Shown: piece by piece, positions 11,585 to 22,566 of the stretch | How positions within the stretch are numbered: position 1 is the stretch's first letter | Layout: each line of letters opens with the position of its first letter | NCBI GenBank assembly: GCA_051362555.1 | Contig: CM120644.1 | Span: 20,978,534 to 21,042,533 of the forward strand | From: Lingula anatina | Lineage: Eukaryota > Animalia > Brachiopoda | Reading direction: 5' to 3' | DNA: 64,000 nt | Notes under the pieces: generated by a model | What the model was told of the DNA's origin: nothing | The model's input: only the letters and a program-made list of their open reading frames with translations | Databases searched by the model: none | Translations under genes and position numbers: made by a program

Positions 11585-12247
11585 GTTAGAGAGAGGTGTC
11601 TACATACTGCTCAGGATCCTGTGTGTGTGTGTAGGCGTTAAGAGAGGTGTCTACGTACTGTTCAGGGTCCTGTTTATGTGTGTGTGTGTAGGCGTTAAGA
11701 GAGGTGTCTACATACTGCTCAGGATCCTGTGTGTGTAGGCGTTTAGAGAGGTGTCTACATACTGCTCAGGATCCTGTGTGTGTAGGCGTTTAGAGAGGTG
11801 TCTACATACTGTTCAGGATCCTGTGTGTGTAGGCGTTTAGAGAGGTGTCTACATACTGTTCAGGATCCTGTGTGTGTAGGCGTTTAGAGAGGTGTCTACA
11901 TACTGCTCAGGATCCTGTGTGTAGGCGTTTAGAGAGGTGTCTACATACTGCTCAGGATCCTGTGTGTGTAGGCATTTAGAGAGGTGTCTATGTACTGTTC
12001 AGGGTCCTGTTTATGTGTGTGAGTGTGCATTTAGAGAGAGGTGTCTACGTACTGTTCAGGGTCCTGTGTACGTGTGTGTGTATGCGTGCGTGCGAATGTG
12101 TGCGCATGTGTGCATGCATGCGTGCGTGCGTGCGTGTGTACATATAGAAAGAGGTGTCTACATACTGCTCAGGGTCCTGTGTACGTGTGCGTGCGTGCGT
12201 GTGTACATATAGAGAGAGGTGTCTACATACTGTTCAGGGTCCTGTGT
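11585..12247. repeat. Tandem repeat, ~47 bp core with (TG)n/(TGCG)n spacers x 12, containing the NEK10 exon 1 end and GTATGT donor
   Basis: 12 copies of gaggtgtctacatactgYtcaggRtcctgt. The last copy is the real exon/intron junction at 12230/12231. Confidence 0.9.
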
Positions 12248-12277
12248 CTGCTGTGTTCTCTTCTCTTGAGCAGGCAT
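12231..12277 (-). CDS. NEK10: NEK10 coding exon 1 (MPAQEKRTQQTQDPE-Q)
   Basis: ATG at 12277 and GTATGT donor after 12231. Phase 2 joins in frame to exon 9551-9611. Resembles the vertebrate NEK10 start MPDQDKK from memory. Possible UTR acceptor near 12370. Confidence 0.75.
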
Positions 12278-14745
12278 GGTTACCCTCTAGGACGGAATGT
12301 TCAGTGATAAGGGGTGTTTGGTCCCTGGCTACATCTTGGCTGTCTCTCCTCCACGCACACTACATTTTTCTGGAAGTAAAAAGTTTTATGATATATCATC
12401 ACAGAATCTGCCAAGCTTATGACTTACTAACACAACAGTTCTCTAAGTACAAAGTACAGGCAAGTTATTAACCAGTTTCACAAAATGAAAGGTATCCTTC
12501 AAAATTATATTTGATTTGACTCGTTGGTCATTTACTTTTGCAAAAAGAATGCTTCTTGCTGTAAAAGTTTCAAAAACTGATCCTGTCTGGGAAGAGCTGC
12601 AGATCGAGGGATGGAAGCCATGGCCCCATAGTGATAGCTTCATCTTTGTAAAATTTAATCTTTAATGAATCTGGCTCACTTTACACTTATTTTGAACTAT
12701 TCTTTATTTTGTATCATTCAATATTTAACAAAAAAGGTTTAGAAATGCAAGCTGGCCTAATGCCCCCCCCCCCCCCCCACTCCCTCCCGCCTGCCTGCCC
12801 CATGGTGCAAAAAGTATGTTTCTCACATGGGAATGTAGAAACAAACCAGGGCACAGTACCCCTGCAGAGAACTAACTGCTCTGGTGCAGGGTACACAGGT
12901 CAACTCTGGAACTCTGGTTCTGACGTCTACAAACATTTAGCAACCTTAAACCTCTTAACATGCCACCTGCAGTGTTTAATGCAAACAGCTTTTAAAGAAA
13001 GAGAAAATATCTCTTCAGAAGCACTTTTAGAAAGTTATTACATGAGAACAAACTGAAGTAAAGCACATGAATATATGGATACAATAGTAAAAAGTCAATT
13101 AGGTATAATATTTAGATCCCATGAATTACAAGGAGTTGAATAACTTGTGACTGGCAAATGATGACAACAGTTTATACAAAACAATTCTTTGAGGAAAAAA
13201 CTTAATGTAGCAAAGTAATGTATGGCAAGTCTGTGACGTAAACCACTGATCCAACACTCTCCACCAGCGAAATTTCACGCTGACCAGTAGTTTTTTCAGA
13301 ATGTGTGAATTTAGTGGTCCAACATAGCAAGTAGATTAACTTCTTTAAATGAGTTGCTGAAAACAACTGAGGGTTTTTTATGTATAGCACAGAAAAAGAG
13401 CAGAAAAATACCCATCCAAATATCATTTTTTAGGAAATATGGATTTGTCGGCACAGCGAACCCTCGGCACAGCGAGCCTTCAGCACAGCGCCCTGTTCCC
13501 TCCCTCAGCTGTGGAAGTCTACAGGGCACCAGTGACAGACCAGCAGTAGGTTCAGTAAGGAACTGTGATATAGTCCTAATTACTTTCTAATTGAATATTA
13601 ATATAAATCAGATGCTACCTTCTCTTTCTTACTGCCAGGGTCAGTCAGTGATCCTATTACGGCACCTTGTGGAACCAGAATATGACATTTTACAAGCTTT
13701 ATTCATACTTTCTACACCAGACTGAGCTGGTGAAAATGTATGGAAATAAAGTAATGGCAATAACACAGAAAAAATTTGCATAGATAAATAGCACCAAAAT
13801 TACACATAAATACAGCATTTTTACACCTACATATCCAGTATTTCATAATCATAAGCTAGGTATATACATCTTAATGCCAAGTCAACTGCTCACAGCATTG
13901 ATCATATGCTGGTATCATAGTACAAGTATTGAAATGAATACATAACTAAGATATAGAAATTAATTACGCACTAGCCCGTTTTGTACAATGTGAAATAAAC
14001 CTTAATATTTACAGTAATTATTTATAGCCATAGACATCACTAAGTGGAAGATGTAGCACAGTTTCTTTTCTTAAAAGGGAGGTTAAGGAATATTTGGCTT
14101 ATCAATGTCTTATTTGGGTTATTACATGTAGCACAGCCAGTTTGCTCATCATTTTTTCATTAGTGCTAATTCAGTGCAGGTGACTCCATTAACTCCTCTT
14201 TCAAGTGCTCAGTATGGGGCGGCCACAGTCACACTATCTGTAGACAGGAATTTACATTCCAGAAGAACTTTTATTTTACTAATTAAAAGTTTCTCCAAGC
14301 TAATTTAAGAAACCTTCAAAATCTGTATCAAATTTCAGCAATAGTGTCTTTGAATTTTAAGTATAATGTAGGATGTTGTCAGCATGGAAGAAGAGCATGT
14401 GAACATGAGAGAGAGAGAGAGAGACTGAGACTTATCATAATTATCATTTTTAAAAATTAACTGGCAACCCTTGAAGCGTTAGATAAATACATGTGCACAA
14501 AAAGCACAGTAAAATAAGATTACTACATGATAAAATACGTAAGAATATTGGTAGATATTAAAACCAAAGGCAATTTCCATTGTGTTAATAATTATAATAG
14601 ATTAAACAACTAAAATTTTTAAAAGTTCAACAGTCAGCTGTGAAACTTGTATGTTGCACTTGATATAAAGCCTACCATTGATCATTCAGTTTTGATTTTG
14701 GTCGCTTTGGTTCTATGAGGGTTCCCATGCCTAGATTGATCCAGC

Positions 14746-14921
14746 TGGATCAGTCTAACTCCCTGGGGAGTCTCACTAAATTGCTATCAACTTAACCGGC
14801 TTAAATGTCTGTCATGCCTACCCGGTACCGAATCAGCTAGGGGGTAAAGATAATTACCCCCTAACAGCTTTACTAGGCATGACAGACATTTAGTGAGAAT
14901 CCCCAGGGAGATAGATTGATC
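14746..14921. repeat. Nested inverted repeat / foldback
   Basis: Three paired arms: gatcagtctaactccctggggagtctcactaaa with tttagtgagaatccccagggagatagattgatc, taaatgtctgtcatgccta with taggcatgacagacattta, and tagggggtaa with ttacccccta. Confidence 0.8.
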
Positions 14922-17900
14922 TAAATATATCTGTGGGAATGGTCCCTAAAACATAGTACAGTCTATGCTCACAGATACTATGAATCTGCCCTATGACAGT
15001 GGCGAGATATGCCTCCCATATGTAATTTTCATGTTTTTGTTGTGATAATAGCACTGATGCTCATTATGAAAGAACAAAAGAAAATAACATAAGAATATAC
15101 TTCCAGTTCTACTCAATCACAACACAATTCAGCTGAATTCCCTTCCTTCCACCCAAACAACCCCAGTTGGAATTCCACTTATCTTCACTTCAATCAGACC
15201 ATGGAATGCCATTAATAAAATACTAGACATTGTACCATTGATAATTTCAAGCAATGGAAAATAAACTTTTAACCATGTTTTATACATAGCTGAGTGATTC
15301 TGTATCCTGCGTGTTCACAGATGAAAGCAAGTCATAGTAATAAGAATAATTAATTAAGAGTCTAAAAACCAAATATTTTTGCTGATGAGAAACATGCATG
15401 AAGAATAACAAAATCATACCACTTCTACTTTTTACCATCAATATTTTTTGAAAATTCTGTAAATTTACAACAACAGTGACAACAATTTCTGCAGGGGTGG
15501 GGTTCCTACTATGACATGGATAGTTTAGATCTATTGGATCATGTCATGAACACCAGGGTTACAGTTAACAAGTACAGAATGAAGTAAAGCCAGATAATGC
15601 TGAAGCAGGCAGCACACATCCCTGCAAGACAAACAGCCGCTTCACGCTGAGGTTGTCCCAGTCAGGTCGTCTGACAGACACCAAGTGGTCCACCCGCTGT
15701 CTTACTGAGAAACTCAACTCCTCTCTCCATCTCACACACCAGACTGCCAACTGACCTTTGAGGACACAGAAAAGAAAACAACTCTGGCTGCCGGGAGTTA
15801 TCTCAGAATTGTTTGAAATAACATCCAAGAATAACACAGGGCCTGATGCCTTGCTCTCAACAGTCTGAAATTGGTTATAATTCCTCTACGTTAATTGCTC
15901 TGTTATTGTGCCAGTTTTACCACTGGAGCTCCTAAGAAATGAAAATGTTTTTTTAAAGTTACCTCATGATCTGCTATCTGGTAATACTTGATCCATGGTC
16001 TTATAATCTGATCCCTGAATTGGACTATAATAGACTTCTACTTGTTCCTTTTTTGTTTGCGTGTTATGAAACTGTACTTTTTTTATTAACAAGAACCCCC
16101 AGTGGTGACAGAGTTGATTTAAAGTGGTTTTCTTCTCTTTTTATTACTTGTGGCTATATTTGTACTCAGACAACCAAGAAACAATGCTATTCAGCACCAC
16201 ATCCACACTAGCTGAAATATTCTTAATATTTCAGATGCCTTTAGCCATGTGTCTTTATCTCATGGTTTTTAAATTTCAAAGCAATAAAAAAAATTGGAAA
16301 CATACAATTTTTTTATATTCCTTTAAATCAACAACTGTTAAATAAAAGTTTTATCAAGGAATGCCAGGAAAGGGCTATCCTATGTATCAAGTTACAGAGA
16401 CAAACAGTACTTTAACAAGACAATATCTACAGCTTTGTTAATGTTCTCCACAAAGCTTTGATATATGTGTGCAAACTGGCCAAAAAAATTAAAATATGGT
16501 GGGTGATTTCAACTTGTTATATGGGCAGTATAGGCTATCCAATGTACTAGTATATAGCTGAAGGCTACAACACAGAAATGTGAATATAAACCTAGCTATC
16601 CATCATTGGGCCCTTTACATCAACTTATAGCAGTAGAACAATTTTATAAACTGATGGCACAAATATTGCTAGATGTTTTAGAGAAAGAACCGCAGTGTTC
16701 TAGTGACCACCAGAAAGCCATCAGCAAGATGGTATACAAAATAAAACCTATACAATCTAAACCAGTATATTTATAGTAATGGGGGAATTGTGAATTTTAC
16801 AAATAATGTTTCTTAAGTCCTTAAATTTTATTATAAGTACTAGTACATTCTAATTGAGTCGCTACAACAAAATTGAAAAGCAGGCTACCCTACTCCTACT
16901 CTTCTATTCTATCCAAGTATACAGAAAAAGCACCACAAAAGCCATATAAAATATCTTTTTCAATGTTTCTAAAGTAATGTATCTAATCTTATTTATAATT
17001 TCAGTATAGCCTTCCTCTAAATTTACTGAAACAAGTGCGATTATTTCTCCAATTAAGATAACTTGTAACCAAAGATCAAGGTTCCACAAAAAACTGGTAA
17101 AGCCTTAGAAAAATGTCAAAGGTAGTACAAAGTGTCAAAGAAATTTCATTTAAACGTCACATGAAAATACTGCTACAGTAAGTAAATATCAAAAACATTA
17201 GAATGGATATCAACTGTGTGATATATGACAACTTTTTCAAACACCATTCTCTGCACACCAGTACACAGTAGCCAGCTGATTACGCCTATTAAGAACTCTT
17301 CATATATATATCTACAAGCAGTAATTCAATAAAGCAAATTCTAAGTTCTACAATATTAATATCCAGCAGTACACCATAACACATGGGCCTAATGACATAT
17401 AAGGTCATTTATTGACTGTATTTCAATGGACTGCCAGTGTTGTATTTACTGTGAGAAGGTAGATGAAAAGCCACATTCATATTCAATAAACAGCCTAACC
17501 GTATCCAATCAAAGCTTCTTTTGTTGACAGGTTTGCTTACAGCAAATGAATGGCTATAGCCCTCCACTGGTTACTCACTGAGGATTTTAACAGCATATTT
17601 GCCTATTCTTGTTGGATTAGAGTCTATCCATCATTCTGCAGGCAATACACAGGCTTCACCAGCCTCAAATGGAATAGAAGAAATAATCTAATAAAAATGT
17701 TTTCTTTTCATAATAATATCACTCCCAGTGATCAACCTGGACTGGTCAAAACCTAGAATACAGCACTGTCACAGTGTTGGTTAAGTGACAAATGTCTTAT
17801 TTCACCGTGTTCCAAATTGTATAAATAATAGCCAATATGACCAATTGTTATTCCTTTAAATGACGTACATACATCATGATGTATATGAACAGCACAAATA

Positions 17901-18999
17901 GTCTGCTGATAATATGTAGTCTCCCTATACACATATCCCTATACACATATCCACACAGTGTCAATATTTAGTTTCTTTGTCTGTGAAGCCATCATAGTTA
18001 CATATGAAATGAGTGAAGCAAATCTTCATATCTCCTACCTGCTGCACATGGTCACTGTTCCAAGTCCAGTTCATACAGATCATTTCTACCTATCACTTCA
18101 TATACATACTGCCAACAGCAGAATACATGGATTGATTGTATTACTGAAATATACTCTGTGGAATCAATAGGACAATTATAATAACTGTCAAATTAATGCT
18201 TTGTATGCATTATTGATCCAGGAAATATTCATCAAAATGTGCTCCTGATTGATTTACTCTTGATCCTGTAAAATCTAAGCTTACTAAGTATGTGTGTGTG
18301 TGCAATAGTAACTTTTCTGATTTACTAAACAGAACTGACAATTGAACAAAAAGCACAGATATAGATTAAATGTTTTCAAGGACCTAATTGTTAACTGGCC
18401 TTTTCTAGCATCTGATAGCAGTTGTAGAGCAAACACTTCCAAATTAATCAAATGCAACTTCCCTTGGTTGCTGACAAGGATAGTGGAAAGCTGTGCTAAA
18501 CAACAAGACTAATTATAATTGTAGTAATTAACTCCATCACACCTTCACAGATCCAGTGGGAATTTCATTTTATCTTAACTTAAATCAGACTACAGAATGC
18601 TTCTAAATGGGTGCATAAATCGAATCTTGACCAATAAGACAATAACATGCTTCAAATAATTAACCAAGCCTGCTAGTATGTTTTTATTTTACCACTTTAC
18701 CTTGAATAAACTAAAACAATATCTTCCAAACAAATAAATAAGGATATCCATAGCACTCACCGTTGAACAGGAGACAAAGTTAGATTTGGTAGATTAACTG
18801 GACTTCAATTTGGAATTTTTTCTAAAACTGTTATTTAGGTAACAGGTAACAGCCAATATGTTTGGTATATATATATACTATTGACATATACAATGTGGTC
18901 CACGTATTAAAGGTAGTCCACAAGTATTCAATTTAATAGTTTTTCTAATACTGCCTGACCATTCAACAATGATGTTCTAGCTGTCCTCTGGCTGCATTC

Positions 19000-19700
19000 C
19001 TCCCAGGTACACGGTGTACGGCTGGCCACTGGCATCAGATTCACACTACACTAGCACATTAATGCGAACATCGTAATTTTAGAGTGTATTGGATTGTTTT
19101 TAGCGTAATAAAATCCATCTTGATCACAACTGAAGCTACGCTTGGCCTGGAAAGGTGGTTTCTAGTGTTTACTAGATTAAACAATCGATCGGTGCCAGCT
19201 GAAGGTGAGTGTCGGTGACCGACCAAGGTGCTTTCAGTGCAGGAAACTGAATGAAATCACTTCTATTTCTCAGCGCTCAACCCATTTTCAAACTACTGCC
19301 TATATCTACCATTATTTATCTTACCGATCCCTTACAAAAGAACACATAGTCGTAGACAGCACTTCGCCGCTTGCAATCCTTAACTGTCAATGTTGCTGAG
19401 TAGTTAATTAAATCAAAAATGGCGGCTGCAACCATGGTATTTACATACACTTACCTAGATTCGTGTCGTTTCCAGCCGATCGGCTTCAACAGTGATCAAA
19501 TAAATGTTTCGGATTGGACAAATAAGATTTACACTTATGTTCGCGATAAATATCTAAGAGCCATTACGAATTCTTACAATAAATGTTGATATAATGTGCA
19601 ACCACCTGCACAAGCCGTGTTTGTTCGGCCGAAGTACGCTTGTGCCATCTAGCGGTCGTCGCTGGAATTAAAGATTGAATGTGACACCTATCTGCACCTC
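19000..19700. promoter_or_regulatory. CpG-enriched candidate promoter / first non-coding exon region of NEK10
   Basis: CpG frequency rises sharply relative to 1-19 kb. YY1-like AAAATGGCGGC at 19416-19426, CTCF-like GTGCCATCTAGCGGTC at 19642-19657, and a minus-strand donor AG|GTAAGT near 19454. Confidence 0.4.
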
Positions 19701-20685
19701 TGCTTATGTACGTGTAGTGAAGGGAATCCAGGCAAACTGTAGTTGAGTTAGACCTGTGCGTTTCCTACTTTCTTTTATCAACAAAGGAGTTAATTATTAA
19801 TACTAAAATTAAAAAAAAAAGTTAAGATTTTCAAACTAATTTTTTTGACAAAAGGAGTTGAAATCTGCAAGACCTGTAATTGGCATGGTTATCTCCAAAG
19901 AAAGTCAACCTTCAACATGCGATCTCGTATGTAACGGAATCCCGATTGAACAAGTCCTTTCCTTCAATGTTACCTCAGGTCAATATTGACGTTGGATGGG
20001 AAGGTGTGAGAGAAGATCAGAAGACGCGTAGGGACGTCTAGAATTAGCTATGTCTGTGAGGGGTCATGTCGATACTCCCCCGCACTGTTACTCCCCCACA
20101 CCGATACTACCCCTAGTAAATATTTGCATTATGCGCATCGATACGACCTCACACCGATAGATCCCCGCATTGATACCCCATCAACCGATATATAGCTCCT
20201 GTAAAATTACCGTTACATAGGCCTACTCTCGCACACAACGCAGCGTTGCTTCCCTGCATCTTTACTCTCTTTACTCCCCTGATGCAATTTTCACATTACC
20301 GACATCGTTACTCATCGATATTATATTAAAAATAGGACATATAAATTTCATAAGTTGGCTTACGAGCCGGGAGTGCGGCCTACCCTAAATTGGGGGATTT
20401 TTTTTTCAACTGGAAAAAATGCATTGAACAGGCTACATTTGACCGCCTGGAAACCCTTGAAGATGTTGCTTTTGTATGCTTTTATACATGTACTTTGGAT
20501 TTGATAGTTTTTGTCCGAGTCCGATTCACCATAGAATTTAGTTGCTATGCACATTAAACAAATCTGAAATTTAAAAACAAATGAATTCGTCTATCGACCA
20601 TGTTTATAAATAGGCTATACCATAATATAATATTATATTACAGTCGCCGCTTATTTAACAACTAATCGATTTTGTTTTGTCTTAA

Positions 20686-20860
20686 GGGGGCCGTAGCGAT
20701 AGTCCGAAGGTTCAATAGTCCGAAGGTTCATTGGTCCGAATGTTCACTATAGAACCTTCGGACCAATGAACCCTTGATTAAAAAATCGATAAAAATGTTA
20801 CCACTTTTCGGACCAATGAACCTTCGGACCAATGAACCTTCGGACTATCGAGACGCCCCC
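20686..20860. mobile_element. Foldback MITE (MULE-like)
   Basis: Inverted arms built from gtccgaaggttca / tgaaccttcggac subrepeats, flanked by the direct repeat gtcttaa(gg), a 7-9 bp TSD. Confidence 0.75.
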
Positions 20861-21460
20861 GTCTTAAGGCTCCGTAACCTGATTTTCTGGGCCTCAAAAA
20901 CCACCATTCTCTCTCTATCCTGCGCCAGTAATGGTAAATCTTACTTTTATTGCCGGCCGTAATCAAACATTGCCCAGCTTTGTCAACGATAGGTCTATAA
21001 TTATAGCTTTTCTTTTGACTTGCTTAATCAGGCTGGACGTAGAACAGTTACATCACGGTATTTGTACAAGACCAAAGATTACTGCTGTTTTTTATTGGTT
21101 TCTTTATAACGATCTCGCCGCATACTGGCAATACATACCCTCTGTACATTATAAAAATGGAGCAGTACGCTTATTCCAAGGTGGAGAGTTGACCCAGGTA
21201 CCTTATATAAATGGAGGAATACTTACATCATAAGGTGGGGTGATGTTGCATACTGTCGGACTGCACTTACGTGCTTGGACACTGGGAATTTCAATATCCA
21301 AGACATGAGTAACTGTAGTGAAGAAGTGTGTTAATCACAAGAGTGAAATTATTATCATCACCCAATTTATCAGGCGCTATAAGATTGCTGAATAGTTGGA
21401 CTTAGCATCAGATTTATGTTCTCAGTAAAATTACAAATTAATAAGTAAAAACAGAGGTGG

Positions 21461-22127
21461 TGTGTTAGGTGTTCAATATCATCACATATTGAAGTGTGAG
21501 TAGACAAGGGAAGAGAGTCGCTGTGTTAGGTGTTCAATATCATCACATCTTGAAGTGTGAGTAGACAAGGGAAGAGAGTCGCTGTGTTAGGTGTTCAATA
21601 TCATCACATCTTGAAGTGTGAGTAGACAAGGGAAGAGAGTAGCTGTGTTAGGTGTTCAATATCACCACATCTTGAAGTGTGAGTAGACAAGGGAAGAGAG
21701 TCGCTGTGTTAGGTGTTCAATATCACCACATCTTGAAGTGTGAGTAGACAAGGGAAGAGAGTCGCTGTGTTAGGTGTTCAATATCATCACATATTGAAGT
21801 GTGAGTAGACAAGGGAAGAGAGTCGCTGTGTTAGGTGTTCAATATCATCACATCTTGAAGTGTGAGTAGACAAGGGAAGAGAGTAGCTGTGTTAGGTGTT
21901 CAATATCACCACATCTTGAAGTGTGAGTAGACAAGGGAAGAGAGTCGCTGTGTTAGGTGTTCAATATCATCACATATTGAAGTGTGAGTAGACAAGGGAA
22001 GAGAGTCGCTGTGTTAGGTGTTCAATATCATCACATCTTGAAGTGTGAGTAGACAAGGGAAGAGAGTAGCTGTGTTAGGTGTTCAATATCACCACATCTT
22101 GAAGTGTGAGTTGGCAAGGGAAGAGAG
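21461..22127. repeat. Minisatellite, 61 bp x 11
   Basis: Units every 61 bp from 21461 to 22071. The unit contains TGTGTTAG and AAGT|GTGAGT. Confidence 0.95.
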
Positions 22128-22566
22128 GTGTTTTTTTAAAATGCTAAGTTGAAACACAATTTTACATATTAAATGACTTCAATTACAAAAGTTGGTCTAA
22201 AACTCTAAACCACACATTTGCTGATGTGGGCCAGCATGACCAAACTAGCATTCATCTAAACATTGGTATTTGCATAAAAATGGGAGGACTTACTTTTTGG
22301 AACCAAAAAATAAATAAATAAATTGACTATGATTGTCCAGGAGAGAATTGACCAGACCTTAGATGACATCCCAGCAGTTGTATCATTGGAAACAGTCACC
22401 AAACATATCCTCCTAGCACCCAGGCCACTGCAATTTGTAATGAACCTGTTCATACGTATGGAATGAATGTCCTAAACTTATATAATTTTTGTACCCTTAA
22501 TTCAAGCGTGGACTCGAAATAGGACATTATGACTAACTTAGTGGATAACACAATTTAAAGATTCCA

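Noticed and set aside
11556-12471. Cys/Val-rich plus-strand ORFs
   Set aside because: Products of (TG)n-rich repeats antisense to NEK10.
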